The position numbers were made by a program, and so were the translations under genes. This document shows positions 8,791 to 19,367 of a stretch of DNA of 64,000 nt, in pieces. Every line of letters starts with the position of its first letter. The first letter of the stretch is position 1. This DNA comes from an uncultured Alphaproteobacteria bacterium (GTDB lineage: Bacteria > Pseudomonadota > Alphaproteobacteria > Rhizobiales > Xanthobacteraceae), in assembly GCA_963820365.1 (NCBI GenBank), contig CAWFZR010000005.1, forward strand, positions 6,852 to 70,851, given 5' to 3'. The notes beneath the pieces were generated by a model. The model saw only the letters and a list, made by a program, of their open reading frames with translations. It made no database searches and was not told where the DNA came from.

Positions 8791-11010
8791 CTAAGCGAGC
8801 GACTTCTTCACACGGGCCGGCGACATCGGCAGGTGGCGCAGCCGCTTGCCGGTGAGCTGGAACATGGCATTGGCGATCGCCGGGGCGACCGCCACGACTC
8901 CAATCTCGCCCATCCCGCTCGGCGGATTGTTGGTGGCGACGATCCTGGTGTGGATCTCCGGAATGTCGCTCATCCGCAGCACCGGATAATCGTCGAAATT
9001 GGTCTGCTGGATGGCGCCGTTCTTCACCGTCAGCTCTTCGAGCAGCGCGGCGCTGAGACCATAGACGACCGCGCTTTCGAGCTGGGCATGCACGTTGTCC
9101 GGCTGGATGATGAGACCGGCATCGACCGCGATCCAGTAGTTGTGGACCTTGATCTTTCCGCTGTCACGGTCCACCGACACCTCCGCCACGCCGGCCGACA
9201 GCGTATCGTGGTAGTCGGAAAAAGCGATGCCCATGCCGCGACCCGGCCGCTTGCGCCCGAAGTCCGACATCTCGGCGACTGCCGCGAGCACCGCGTTGGC
9301 GCGCGGATGGTCCTTGGTGAGATCGAGGCGCAGCGCGAGCGGGTCCATCCCCTTGGTGTCGGCAATCTCGTCGACGAAGGACTCGGCCGCGAATTTGTTG
9401 TAGCCCGCACCGATGCCGCGCCACGCGTGCACCCGCATGCCGCGCATCTCGCGCACGGTCTCCGCGCGCACGTTGGGGATGGCGTAGAACGCCTGATCAA
9501 GACCTCTCGATCCGATGTAGTCCTTGCCGCCGCGCGCCGCAAAGCGCGGCGGGGCTGCAACCGCGTCGACGTTCTCCGAGACCAGCCGATGGTGCCATCC
9601 GACAATCCTGCCATTGGCATCGAGACCCGCCTTCAGGGCGTGATGGGTCATCGGCCGAGGTCGCGCAGCGACAACGTCGTCCTCGCGCGTAAGGATCAAC
9701 TTCACCGGCTTCTTGGTGATGTTGGAGAGCACCACCGCCTGCACGGCGGCGTCCGGCCAGATGCGCCGGCCATAGCCGCCGCCCAGCAGCTGCTGGTTGA
9801 TCTTGATCTTGTCCGGCGTGGTCTTGAGCACGCCGGAGATGATGCCCGCGGCGAGCGCGCCGAATTGCGTCCCGGTCCAGATTTCGGCCGACTGGCCGTC
9901 CTCCGAGACCTTGGCGACGCAGTTCATCGGCTCCATCTGGGCGTGATAGCAGTATTCCGACCAGTAGGCCGCCTCCACGACCTTGCTGGCCTTGCCCAGC
10001 GCCGCGGAAGCGTCGCCCACCTTGTACTCCTCGACCGCGGCGGCGTTCGGATCCTTGCCTTGGCGGGCATATTGCTCCTTCGCCGTTTCGGAATCGGTAT
10101 TGACGGCGGCCGCGCCCGAGTTATCCCACTTGACCTTGAGCATGTTGCGCCCGGCAATGGTCGCCTCGACGGTATCTCCGATGACGGCGACGCCGAACGG
10201 CAGCGCAATGACCTTGGTCACGCCCTTGATACGGCTGACGTCGGCCATGTTGAGGACCTCGACTTTGGAGCCCTCCATCGGCGCTTCCAGGACCGAGGCG
10301 TAGATCATGTCCGGCACCTGCACGTCGATGCCGTAGCGAGCCGTGCCGTTGGTCTTGGACGGCACATCGACGCGTCCGATGTCCTTGCGGCCGATCAGCC
10401 GGAAGCGCGACGGCTGCTTGAGGTCGGTCTCGGCGATGCTGGGCGGCTCGGCGGGAACGGCGGCAAACTTGGCGATGTCACCGTAGCTGATCCGCCGGCT
10501 CGACTTGCCGTGCACGACGACGCTCGGCTCGGTCGAAAGCTCCTCGACCGGCACGTTCCACTGCCTGGCAACGTTGTCGAGCAGCACTCTGCGCGCCTGC
10601 GCGCCCGCCATCCGCAGCGGCATGAAATAGCCGGGGACCGAGACGCTTGCCGCGGTAATCTGCGCCCCTTTGAACACCTCATGTGGATTGCCGTAGACCT
10701 TCGGATTGGGCGGCGCAAACTCGGTCCTGACATTCGACCAGTCCGCATCGAGCTCCTCGGCAAGAATCAGCGGCAAGGAAGTCAGGACGCCCTGCCCCAT
10801 CTCCGCCATCGGGCACAGAATGGTAATGGTGTTGTCGGTGCCGATGGTCACCCACGCGTTGAGCTTGGCGCCATCGGCGGCGAGCGCTTGCGACATGCGG
10901 CCGAGCAACGTGCCGCCGAGCGCGAAGGTGAAGGTCAGTCCGCCCGCGCCCTTGACGAAGGTGCGGCGGGAAAGCTCGAGCGTCTTGTCGTCGGTGATTT
11001 GCGCGGTCAT
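8791..11010 (-). CDS. Xanthine-dehydrogenase-family molybdopterin-binding subunit (IorB-like), Tat-exported
   Basis: 739 aa. Twin-arginine signal SRRTFVKGAGGLTFTFALGG. Family-typical blocks throughout. Directly downstream of the 2Fe-2S subunit gene. Confidence 0.9.
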   Translation of the reverse strand: MTAQITDDKTLELSRRTFVKGAGGLTFTFALGGTLLGRMSQALAADGAKLNAWVTIGTDNTITILCPMAEMGQGVLTSLPLILAEELDADWSNVRTEFAPPNPKVYGNPHEVFKGAQITAASVSVPGYFMPLRMAGAQARRVLLDNVARQWNVPVEELSTEPSVVVHGKSSRRISYGDIAKFAAVPAEPPSIAETDLKQPSRFRLIGRKDIGRVDVPSKTNGTARYGIDVQVPDMIYASVLEAPMEGSKVEVLNMADVSRIKGVTKVIALPFGVAVIGDTVEATIAGRNMLKVKWDNSGAAAVNTDSETAKEQYARQGKDPNAAAVEEYKVGDASAALGKASKVVEAAYWSEYCYHAQMEPMNCVAKVSEDGQSAEIWTGTQFGALAAGIISGVLKTTPDKIKINQQLLGGGYGRRIWPDAAVQAVVLSNITKKPVKLILTREDDVVAARPRPMTHHALKAGLDANGRIVGWHHRLVSENVDAVAAPPRFAARGGKDYIGSRGLDQAFYAIPNVRAETVREMRGMRVHAWRGIGAGYNKFAAESFVDEIADTKGMDPLALRLDLTKDHPRANAVLAAVAEMSDFGRKRPGRGMGIAFSDYHDTLSAGVAEVSVDRDSGKIKVHNYWIAVDAGLIIQPDNVHAQLESAVVYGLSAALLEELTVKNGAIQQTNFDDYPVLRMSDIPEIHTRIVATNNPPSGMGEIGVVAVAPAIANAMFQLTGKRLRHLPMSPARVKKSLA

Positions 11011-11013
11011 GGC

Positions 11014-11469
11014 CTAGCCCTCCCGTGCGGCGCGCTCGATGGCGCGAACAATGCGGGGATACGTGCCGCAGCGGCAGATGTTGCCGTCCATGTGGGCGAC
11101 GATCTGCTCGCGCGTCGGGCTCCTTGTCCTCGCCAGCAGCTCGGCCGCCTGCATGATCTGGCCCGATTGGCAGTAGCCGCACTGCGGCACCTGCTCGACG
11201 ATCCAGGCCTTCTGGAGCGCGTGCGAGCTGTCAGGGGAGAGACCCTCGATGGTGGTCACCTGCTTGCCCGCCACGCCCGAGAGACCGGTCTGGCACGAGC
11301 GCACCGCCTTGCCGTCGACATGGACCGTGCAGGCGCCACACAGGCCTGACCCGCAGCCGAATTTGGTGCCCGTCAGCTTGAGGTGCTCGCGCACCACCCA
11401 AAGCAATGGTGTCTCGGGGTCGGCCTCGACGCTGGCCGCCTTTCCGTTGATGGTGAATGCGATCGCCAT
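11014..11469 (-). CDS. (2Fe-2S)-binding small subunit (IorA-like)
   Basis: 151 aa from MAIAFTING. Cys clusters [12 protein letters not shown] and CGYCQSG...CRCGTY. Start fixed at ATG 11469. Confidence 0.9.
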   Translation of the reverse strand: MAIAFTINGKAASVEADPETPLLWVVREHLKLTGTKFGCGSGLCGACTVHVDGKAVRSCQTGLSGVAGKQVTTIEGLSPDSSHALQKAWIVEQVPQCGYCQSGQIMQAAELLARTRSPTREQIVAHMDGNICRCGTYPRIVRAIERAAREG

Positions 11470-11846
11470 GCATTCCCTCCTGTGGCAAATGGTTTGTGTT
11501 GTGAACGCTACCGTCGCAACCGGCGCGCCCAGCCGCCGCAGGCGTGCGCCTGCACGGGATCGTCCGCCGCCGGCGATGAAAGCCGGCCGCAAGGCCAGCT
11601 TGAGACCTCCCATGGATTCTTGTGTTGCAGAACTATAACCAAGTTCCGTACCCATGGGCAGCCATTCGCTGCGACAAATTCGGCCCGATAACCCGACATC
11701 TTCCGGATGCTTCGAATTTTTCGAGGGATTGCGCGACGGTCCATGGCCCGAGCGGACTCGCCGACCCGGGCAGTGCAATAGTCGGCGTGAGCAAGTGCCG
11801 CGAAAGCTCACTCGATCTCCTCGTCGGCGTGCGCCTGCCGCGGCGA

Positions 11847-12776
11847 TCAAAAAAAACCCAGCGATTCACAACCCGTGCCGGCGTGAAAACTGTGCTTCAC
11901 CCGTTGCGCCGGAATATCGACGACATGCACCGACCCGTCGCCCTGGCAGGCGACAAGCAATTCGTCGCCGCGGAACGCCATGTCCATCGGCTGGCTTCCG
12001 ACCTTGATGGCGACCTGCCGGCGGAATGATGGATCGATCAGGCTGACCGTGCCGCTCTTGAGGCTGGTGACGCCGATCACGCTGTTGTCGGGGCTGTAGC
12101 GGGCGATCTGCGCCGCCTCGGGAACGCCTTGCAGGCGCACGGTGTCAACGACGCTTTCGCTTTCGGTGTCGAGGAGGAACAGCATCGGCTGCTCGTCGTC
12201 GACCGCGACGACGGTGCGGCCGTCGGCCGATATCGCAATGCCCGCGAGCGCGCGCGGGGTCTGGATCTGGCGCAGAAGCTTTCGCTTGCGCAGGTCGATC
12301 ACCGAGACCGTACCGTCTTCCTCATTCTCGGTGTAGAGCCGCCGGCCGTCGGGCGAGATGATCAGGCGGTGGCCGTTGGTCGAGCCGGAATCGATGGCGT
12401 CCACCACCTTGTGGCTGGAGCGGTCGATCACCGCGACCACGGCGCTGTTCTCGCAGGTGATGTAGATCAGGCCATCGGACCCGAGCTTCAACGTATGCGG
12501 CGCGATATAGGGCCGCAGATCGATGTCGCCGACATGGGCGCGTTCCTCAAGGTCGATGATGCACAGGAGATGTCCGGGATTGGGATTGCGGCCGTGGATG
12601 CCGTCGCCGAAGATCGGCACGTAGGCGAGGCCGGTTTCCGGCACTACCAGCAGCTCGTGCACCGTGCGGGGAAAACCGTCGAGCACGATCTGCGTCTCAT
12701 AGCTCGCCGGATCGAGGAACAGGACCTTCGTCCCCATCTTGTCGACCGCGATCAGTCCGCGTGCGCCGCCGGTCAT
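11847..12776 (-). CDS. Beta-propeller repeat protein (YncE/YVTN-like)
   Basis: 309 aa with a repeating pattern of short beta-strand blocks (..[22 protein letters not shown].., ..[13 protein letters not shown].., ..GTVSLIDP..). Family call from pattern only. Confidence 0.6.
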   Translation of the reverse strand: MTGGARGLIAVDKMGTKVLFLDPASYETQIVLDGFPRTVHELLVVPETGLAYVPIFGDGIHGRNPNPGHLLCIIDLEERAHVGDIDLRPYIAPHTLKLGSDGLIYITCENSAVVAVIDRSSHKVVDAIDSGSTNGHRLIISPDGRRLYTENEEDGTVSVIDLRKRKLLRQIQTPRALAGIAISADGRTVVAVDDEQPMLFLLDTESESVVDTVRLQGVPEAAQIARYSPDNSVIGVTSLKSGTVSLIDPSFRRQVAIKVGSQPMDMAFRGDELLVACQGDGSVHVVDIPAQRVKHSFHAGTGCESLGFF

Positions 12777-12799
12777 CGCGCCCCCGCTTCCTCATTGCA

Positions 12800-13807
12800 T
12801 CATCGGACGTCGGCTGCCGCGGCCTCAGGCTGCGGCCATGCAAGCCGTGTCAGGATCGCGCGGCCCATCACCCAATCCTTGTCCTCCTCGGAGAGGAAGG
12901 GAAGCTCCTCGGTGAAATGCGTGATGCGCTGCCGGTAGGTGGACTTCGCGAATGCGTTGGTGATGTCGGTGCCCCAGTAGCAGCGCCGCGGACCATAGGC
13001 ATCGAAGCAACGCTTGAGATGCTCGGTCATGTCGCGCCACGGATATGGGTCGAACGAGTAGGTCGGCGCCGAGGAGAGCTTGACCGAGACGTTAGGGTAT
13101 TTGGCGAGCGCCGCCACATCGTCGATCGCGTTCTTGATCGTCCCGTTCTTGGCGATGTCGACGGTAAGGCTCATGTGGTCGATGATCAGCGGCAGGTGCG
13201 GGTGGCGCTCCGCGATCGGGGCGAACTTCGGGATGTTGCCGGGCGCCAGGAACATGACTGGCAGGCCGGCCTTCTCGGCCGCCGGCCAGAACCAGTCGGC
13301 GGCGCCGCTCTGGAGCAGCGCGCCTTGCGCGCGGTGGAACGTCAGCCGCACACCGAGCATCCCGGGCTGCTCCTTCCACTGCGGCAGCAGCGCCGCCGAC
13401 TTCGGCCGCTCGAGCGGGAGGCGGCCCATGACGGCGAAACGGCCGGGATATCGCCTGGCCGCCTCAAGCGCATAATCGTTGCGGTCGCCCGGCCACGACG
13501 GCGGCACGACAACGACGCGATCGACGCCGGCCTCGTCCATCATCGGAACGAGCTTCTCGACGGTGAACGGCTCGGGAAGCTGCGCCACGCGGCCGGGTAC
13601 CCAGGGCCACTCCGGCGTTTCCGCCTGCCACAGATGAACTTGCGCATCGACGATCATGCGCTTGTGCGCGGGCCGCGCGGCCGGCGCCTGCGCGGACCCC
13701 GGTTGCGCGTTCTGCGCTGCCAGCGTCAAGCCGGCCCCGACCGTGCTGTTGAGGAAACTGCGGCGCGATACATGTGCGGACCCTCCCGTGAAGCACCTGA
13801 GCGTCAT
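12800..13807 (-). CDS. Amidohydrolase-2 family protein with Tat-like signal
   Basis: SRRSFLNSTVGAGLTLAA, then MIVDAQVHLW (metal-binding start of the amidohydrolase_2 fold). Start chosen at MTLRCF (ATG 13807). The track ORF extends to 13888. Confidence 0.8.
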   Translation of the reverse strand: MTLRCFTGGSAHVSRRSFLNSTVGAGLTLAAQNAQPGSAQAPAARPAHKRMIVDAQVHLWQAETPEWPWVPGRVAQLPEPFTVEKLVPMMDEAGVDRVVVVPPSWPGDRNDYALEAARRYPGRFAVMGRLPLERPKSAALLPQWKEQPGMLGVRLTFHRAQGALLQSGAADWFWPAAEKAGLPVMFLAPGNIPKFAPIAERHPHLPLIIDHMSLTVDIAKNGTIKNAIDDVAALAKYPNVSVKLSSAPTYSFDPYPWRDMTEHLKRCFDAYGPRRCYWGTDITNAFAKSTYRQRITHFTEELPFLSEEDKDWVMGRAILTRLAWPQPEAAAADVR

Positions 13808-13907
13808 GCCAATTCCTCGCACAAGGCCGCAGCCCGAAGCAACCAGGCTCGCCTCCGCCATCCCGCCACAAGGGCGAGGTGGCGGCAATGCACGCAGCCG
13901 GCACGTT

Positions 13908-13963
13908 TGTGATCCAGATCACAGTTCTCCTGCGCGCCCGTCCGAAGTGTGATCCAGATCACA
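13908..13963. promoter_or_regulatory. Two identical CRP/FNR-type boxes TGTGATCCAGATCACA
   Basis: Perfect TGTGA-N6-TCACA at 13908-13923 and 13948-13963, 40 bp centre to centre. They lie in the divergent region between the amidohydrolase gene (-) and a small ORF (+). Confidence 0.5.
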
Positions 13964-14045
13964 GCGATGTCCTGCGAATCGACGTAGGCTTCCATTTAGC
14001 AGACGCCGCTGACGTTGTTACGGCCTACAGAAATCGGAGGCTCAC

Positions 14046-14213
14046 ATGCGCAAAAACACCAGTTTTGCAATTGCTGCCACGATGTTGGGATTGGCCATGA
14101 TTTTCTGGGCCAAATCCAGTGTAGTCGCGACCAGCGCCGACATCGCGCGGCCGAAGATGGCGGTGGCGTCCGGCTCATACCTGCCGATTCAGGCGATCCA
14201 ACCGGTCTGGTGA
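14046..14213 (+). CDS. Small exported protein (55 aa), hypothetical
   Basis: GGAGG 7 nt upstream of the ATG. MRKNTSFAIAATMLGLAMIFWAKSSVVATSA is signal-peptide-like. No homology recognised. Not in the ORF track (<60 aa). Confidence 0.35.
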   Translation: MRKNTSFAIAATMLGLAMIFWAKSSVVATSADIARPKMAVASGSYLPIQAIQPVW

Positions 14214-14219
14214 TTGTGC

Positions 14220-15431
14220 TTACACCCGGTTTCCGGCGCTCCAGCTCCAGAACTCGCTGCCTTCCTCGCGCATGAAGCGGGCGAGCACCATGTTGTGCAC
14301 TTCCGAGGCGCCATCGACGAGACGCGCCTGGCGGGCGTAGCGGTAGATCCATTCCAGGATGGTGTCCTTGGAATAGCCGCGCGCGCCGTTGAGCTGGATC
14401 GCAACGTCGGCGGCCCGGTGCAGGGTGTCGGCGACCTGCACCTTGGCCATGGAGACTTCCTTGCGCGCGCGGTCGCCCTGATCGAGCTTCCAGGCGGCGT
14501 GCATGACGAGGAGGCGCCCGATCGCGATCGCATGCGCGACCTCCCCGAGCTTGATCTGCACGCTTTCGCGATCCGCAAGCTTGCTGCCGAAGCCCTCGCG
14601 CTCTCCCACGTAGCTCTGGGCGATCTCCATGCAGCGCTTGGCAAGCCCCAGCCAGCGCATGCAATGGGTGAGCCGCGCCGGTCCGAGCCGGATCTGCGTG
14701 ACGCGCAATCCGTCGCCGACCTTCATCAGCACGTTCTCGTCCGCGACTTCGAGACCTTCGAAGACGAGCTCGCAATGTCCGCCGTGCTCCTCCGGTCCCA
14801 TGATGGGAATGCGGCGCAGGATGCGCCAGCCGGGCTGGTCGCGGTGGAAGAGGAAGGCGGTGAGGCCGCGCCGCGCGTCATCCGACGTGCGCGCAATCAG
14901 GATGAAATGGTCGGCGACGCCGGCGCCGGTGATGAACCACTTGTGGCCGTGGATCACCCAGCCATTGCCCGTCCGCTCGGCCCGCGTGCGGATCATGCCG
15001 GGATCGGAGCCGCCGCCGGGCGCGGGCTCGGTCATGGCGAAGGAGGAGCGCACCTTGCCGGCGACGATGGGCTCAAGCCATTTGTCCTTCTGCGCGGGGG
15101 TGCCGGCAAGCGCGAGCAGGTTCATGTTGCCGTCGTCGGGCGCGGCGCAATTGAACGCGAGCGGGCCGAAGATCGAGCGGTTGGCTTCCTCGTACATCGC
15201 GGCCCAGCCGACGATCGGCAGCGCCATGCCGCCATATTCCTTGGGCGCTTGCGGCGCCCACAGGCCCTGCGCCTTGGCCTTGGCTTGCAGGCCGCGCAGC
15301 ACGTCGAGGCGGATGTTCTCGCGCTCGTCGTAATTGGCGCGATCGGCCTCCACCGCCATGACATGCTCCTCGACGAAGCGGCGCGTGCGCTGGCGGACAT
15401 CCTCGATTTCGGGCGGCAGCGTGAAATCCAT
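14220..15431 (-). CDS. Acyl-CoA dehydrogenase
   Basis: 403 aa from MDFTLPPEIEDVRQRTRRFVEEHV. TEPAPGGGSDPGMIRT and ..QLNGARGYSKD.. are typical ACAD blocks. The track ORF is an upstream-extended read-through. Confidence 0.9.
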   Translation of the reverse strand: MDFTLPPEIEDVRQRTRRFVEEHVMAVEADRANYDERENIRLDVLRGLQAKAKAQGLWAPQAPKEYGGMALPIVGWAAMYEEANRSIFGPLAFNCAAPDDGNMNLLALAGTPAQKDKWLEPIVAGKVRSSFAMTEPAPGGGSDPGMIRTRAERTGNGWVIHGHKWFITGAGVADHFILIARTSDDARRGLTAFLFHRDQPGWRILRRIPIMGPEEHGGHCELVFEGLEVADENVLMKVGDGLRVTQIRLGPARLTHCMRWLGLAKRCMEIAQSYVGEREGFGSKLADRESVQIKLGEVAHAIAIGRLLVMHAAWKLDQGDRARKEVSMAKVQVADTLHRAADVAIQLNGARGYSKDTILEWIYRYARQARLVDGASEVHNMVLARFMREEGSEFWSWSAGNRV

Positions 15432-15472
15432 GCTCACATCCTTTCCCACAGCCCGCAGGCGCCGCAGCCGGC

Positions 15473-16252
15473 TCAGCCCCGCAGCGCCACCATCTGCCCG
15501 CCGTCGACCACCAGGGTCGCGCCCGCCATGTAGCGGCCGGCGTCGGAGGCAAGGAGCAGCAAGGCGCCGTCGAGATCGCCCTCCTCGCCGAAGCGGCCCA
15601 CCGGGATCTCGCGCTTGAGGGCAGCGCCCTCCTCGCCCGTGAGATAGTCGCGATTGATGTCGGTCACGAACCAGCCCGGTGCAATGGCGTTGACGCGGAT
15701 GCCCTTGAAAGCCAATTCGAGCGCGAGCGCCTTGGTGAGCTGGATGACGCCGGATTTCGCCACGGCATAGGCGAGCGTGCCCTTGGCGACGCCGAAGCCG
15801 AGCACGGAGGCGATGTTGATGATGGCGCCGCGCTCGCCGGCGGCGAGCATGCGGCGAGCCGCCTCCTGCGCCCAGAAGAAGACCGCGTCGAGATTGGTGC
15901 CGATGACGCGCCGCCACTCCTCCTCCGGCAGATCGAGCGCGCGGGTCGCTTGCTGCGCCACGCCGGCATTGTTGACCAATATGGTGACGCAACCGAAGGC
16001 GCTCTCGGCTTGCTCGAATGCCCGCGTCATGGCATCGCGGTCGAGCACGTCGGCGGCCACGCAGATGGCGCGGCCGCCGGTCTCCTCGATGTCCGCCTTG
16101 ACCGCCGCCAGCCGGTCGGCGCGGCGCGCCACCAGGACCACCGCTGCGCCCGCCTCCGCCAGCACTTGCGCAAAACGCACGCCGAGCCCCCTCGATGCTC
16201 CGGTGACGAGCGCGATGCGCCCGGTGAGATCGAACAGCTCGTGTGCGCTCAT
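15473..16252 (-). CDS. SDR-family oxidoreductase
   Basis: TGASRGLG cofactor motif, NNAG, and YAVAKSG (YxxxK) catalytic motif. Start at MSAHELF (ATG 16252). Confidence 0.9.
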   Translation of the reverse strand: MSAHELFDLTGRIALVTGASRGLGVRFAQVLAEAGAAVVLVARRADRLAAVKADIEETGGRAICVAADVLDRDAMTRAFEQAESAFGCVTILVNNAGVAQQATRALDLPEEEWRRVIGTNLDAVFFWAQEAARRMLAAGERGAIINIASVLGFGVAKGTLAYAVAKSGVIQLTKALALELAFKGIRVNAIAPGWFVTDINRDYLTGEEGAALKREIPVGRFGEEGDLDGALLLLASDAGRYMAGATLVVDGGQMVALRG

Positions 16253-16419
16253 TCCACGACCATGCGATCTTGCTTCCCGCAATCCACGATGTCGTCGCTG
16301 CTGTCGAATGCATAAAGCACGCAGGAACAATATGGAATGCATCGGCAATGCGGTAGCCGCTTGCGGGCATCGGCTTCGGCGATCCCGTCTCCGCTCCTGA
16401 AGCCGAGGCCGAAATCATT

Positions 16420-16447
16420 GTAGGGGCGAGGCATGCCTCGCCCCTAC
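16420..16447. repeat. 28-bp perfect palindrome GTAGGGGCGAGGCATGCCTCGCCCCTAC
   Basis: Self-complementary with no loop, located between the SDR and TctC genes. Looks REP-like. Confidence 0.7.
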
Positions 16448-16557
16448 CTCAGCGCACCGCGCAGGCGATGGCTACGCGCTCCTATACCGAGTTCTGCGGG
16501 GGCGCCGAGGTTGCGCGTCACCGCGCGCAAATCCGCACCAACCCTCTGCTCCCCGCA

Positions 16558-17526
16558 TCATTGCGGCTGCTTGAGCTTGCGATCGAGCTCGACGATATCC
16601 CTGAATTCCTCGTCCAGCCGCTCGCGTGCCCGCGCGGGATTCTCATACACGGCGAACAGCCCGACCTTTTCGAGCTTCGCAACGACGGCAGGATCGTGCA
16701 TCGTTCGCGCCAGCGCCTCGACCAGCACGTTGCAGACGTCCGGCGGCGTCTCCTTCGGAGCATACAGCCCAAGCACCAGGTTGAATCCTTTCGTGGGCAG
16801 GCCTTTTTCGGTCAAGGTCGGCGCATCCGGGAGCGACGGCAGTCGTTTCGACGCGGTGGTCAGCAGCGGGCGGAGCTTTCCTTCCCGCAGCATCTCGGCT
16901 CCGGTGCTGTAGGGGACCATGCCGACGTCCACGTGCCGCCCCATGACGGCCATGGTCAATTGTGCCCCGCCGGCAAACGGAACGGGCGTGATGTCCAATC
17001 CGAATGTGCTTCTGATGGATTGCATGCTCAGCGAGGACACCGTTCCCACCCCCGCGGACGCATAGCTCAGCTTGCCCGGGTGGTTGCGCGCATCCTCGAT
17101 CAATTGCTCGAAATTCCGCCAGGGCGCACCGGGATGCACCGCCAGAATGCTCACGTCGGTCGCGTAGTTGCCGATGAGCACAAAGTTGTCGATGTTGAAA
17201 GGAACGGCCGATCCCGAGACGTGAACGATGGTGAATATCGAGTTCACGCCGGCGCCGATGGTGTATCCGTTCGGCGCAGCCGTCGCCACGCCGGTCATTC
17301 CCACGATGCCGCTCGCGCCCGGACGGTTGACGAGCACCAAAGGCGTGCCGAGCACCCCCGCAAGATCCGGCTCGATCATGCGCACGCCGGTATCGACGGG
17401 ACCGCCGGGCGTGGCCGGCACGATCACCTGGATCGCGCGCGCGGGATAGGGTTCGGCCACCGCGTCCCGGGCGAGAACGAGCGCCAGGGCGGTGGCACCG
17501 AGGAAGCCCACCAGCAGGATTCGCAT
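16558..17526 (-). CDS. Tripartite tricarboxylate transporter substrate-binding protein (TctC/Bug family)
   Basis: Signal peptide MRILLVGFLGATALALVLA, then EPYPARAIQVIVPATPGGPVD (Bug-family hallmark). GGGAG SD before ATG 17526. Confidence 0.85.
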   Translation of the reverse strand: MRILLVGFLGATALALVLARDAVAEPYPARAIQVIVPATPGGPVDTGVRMIEPDLAGVLGTPLVLVNRPGASGIVGMTGVATAAPNGYTIGAGVNSIFTIVHVSGSAVPFNIDNFVLIGNYATDVSILAVHPGAPWRNFEQLIEDARNHPGKLSYASAGVGTVSSLSMQSIRSTFGLDITPVPFAGGAQLTMAVMGRHVDVGMVPYSTGAEMLREGKLRPLLTTASKRLPSLPDAPTLTEKGLPTKGFNLVLGLYAPKETPPDVCNVLVEALARTMHDPAVVAKLEKVGLFAVYENPARARERLDEEFRDIVELDRKLKQPQ

Positions 17527-17657
17527 ACGATCTCCCATTGCGGTGCTGCGCATATCATATTTTCCCGCATCATTACTTGATAAGGGGTCGAGCGCGGCCA
17601 TGAGTTCGAGAATTGGGCGACATGATCGCAAATAACGCAAGTAGCCGGGAGGGAACG

Positions 17658-18659
17658 ATGCGCGTCGTCGCATTGGAGGAGCACTTCAGCCTGCCGTCGC
17701 TGCGCGGTCGGTTTGGCCCGCCAACTCCGCCGCCGTCGAGCGTCGCCAGCGACGCGAGCTTGCCGACGGTGGTGCGCAACGTTGCGGACAAGATGACCGA
17801 TCTAGGCGCCGGCCGCCTCGCCGAGATGGATCGAGCAGGCGTCTCCATGCAGGTCCTTTCCAAGGCGGGCAACCACATGGGTCCGAGCGCCGACATGTTC
17901 GAGGATGACGAAGCCGTGGCATTTGCGCGCGCTTTCAACGACGAGACGGCACGGCGGATCGCCGACCATCCCGGCAGGTTCGCGGCGTTTGCGCATCTGC
18001 CGACGCGCGTTCCGGCGGCCGCCGCCGACGAGCTGGAACGCACCGTCGGAGAGCTCGGCTGCAAAGGCGCGCTCGTCAGCGGAACGATCAGGGGCGCCTT
18101 CCTCGATGATCCGCGGTTCGCGCCTCTGTTGCACCGCGCGCAAGCGCTCGACGTTCCGCTCTACATCCATCCCGGAATGCCCCCCGCGGACGTGCGCAAA
18201 GCCTACTACGACGGATTCCCGCCAAGGATCAGCTTCGGGCTCGCGACTTTCGCGTGGGGCTGGCACTACGAGACCGCGCTGCACGTCATGCGGCTTGCCG
18301 TTTCCGGCACCCTGGACAAATACCCCGGGCTCGTTCTCATCATCGGCCACATGGGGGAAGGCCTGCCGGCGATGCTGGCGCGCTGCGAGCATCAGTTCTC
18401 GTGTGACCTGCCTCACCTACGGCGCCCGCTCTCGCAGACCATCACCGATCAGGTCTTCGTTACGACCTCCGGGCTTTTCACCGTGCCGCCCTTCATGGCG
18501 GCATTGGCGACGTTCGGGATCGATCGGCTCATGTTCTCCGTCGATTATCCCTATGCGAGCAACGAGCACGGCAGAGCATTCCTCGACGCGCTGCCGCTCG
18601 CTCCCGCTGACCTGGCCAAACTCGCGCATGCAAACGCCGACCGGCTGCTGCGGCTATAG
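17658..18659 (+). CDS. Amidohydrolase-2 family protein
   Basis: MRVVALEEHF start typical of the family. GGGAGG SD upstream of ATG 17658. The track ORF starts at 17613. Confidence 0.8.
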   Translation: MRVVALEEHFSLPSLRGRFGPPTPPPSSVASDASLPTVVRNVADKMTDLGAGRLAEMDRAGVSMQVLSKAGNHMGPSADMFEDDEAVAFARAFNDETARRIADHPGRFAAFAHLPTRVPAAAADELERTVGELGCKGALVSGTIRGAFLDDPRFAPLLHRAQALDVPLYIHPGMPPADVRKAYYDGFPPRISFGLATFAWGWHYETALHVMRLAVSGTLDKYPGLVLIIGHMGEGLPAMLARCEHQFSCDLPHLRRPLSQTITDQVFVTTSGLFTVPPFMAALATFGIDRLMFSVDYPYASNEHGRAFLDALPLAPADLAKLAHANADRLLRL

Positions 18660-19367
18660 CCCGAGATAGGCGCGCTTGACTCCCTCGTCCAACGCGACGG
18701 CGCCGGCAGGTCCGGCGAGCGCAACCGTGCCGTTCTCGAGCACGGCGGCTTGATCGGCAATGGCGAGCAACTCCGCTACGTTCTGCTCGATCAGCAGGAT
18801 GGTCGTGCCCGCGCGCTTGAGATCGAGGATCGCGGCAAAGACCAGCTCGACCATGAGCGGGGCGAGGCCGAGCGAAGGCTCGTCGAGCATGATGAATTGC
18901 GGATCGCCCATCAGGCAGCGGCCGATCGCCAGCATCTGCTGCTCGCCGCCGGAAAGGGTCCCGGCCTTCTGCCGCCGGCGCTCGGCCAGGCGCGGAAACA
19001 TGCCGAGCACCCGCGCCAGGTTGGCCGCGCGCCGCGCGCGAGATCGCCGCAGCGCGCCGCCGAGCGCAAGATTCTCATCGACCGTGAGCGTTGGAAAGAT
19101 CTGCCGGCCCTCCGCGACCTGCCCGATGCCCAGCTCGCAGGTCGCGTTGGAATCGAGGCCGGTGATGTCGGCCTCGTCGAACCGGATGTTGCCGCGAGCG
19201 GGGCTGATCATGCCGGCGATGGCGCGCACCAGCGAGGTCTTGCCCGCGCCGTTCGACCCCACGACCGCGGTGAGGCTGTTGCGCGCGACCGTCAAGCTCA
19301 CGCCGTTCAAGGCGCGCGCATGGCCGTAGCTCACGTCGAGATCGCGCACTTCCAGCAGCGCCGTCAT
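18654..19367 (-). CDS. Branched-chain-amino-acid-type ABC transporter ATP-binding protein (LivF-like)
   Basis: Walker A GSNGAGKT, signature LSGGEQQ, Walker B IMLDEPS. Confidence 0.9.
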   Translation of the reverse strand: MTALLEVRDLDVSYGHARALNGVSLTVARNSLTAVVGSNGAGKTSLVRAIAGMISPARGNIRFDEADITGLDSNATCELGIGQVAEGRQIFPTLTVDENLALGGALRRSRARRAANLARVLGMFPRLAERRRQKAGTLSGGEQQMLAIGRCLMGDPQFIMLDEPSLGLAPLMVELVFAAILDLKRAGTTILLIEQNVAELLAIADQAAVLENGTVALAGPAGAVALDEGVKRAYLGL

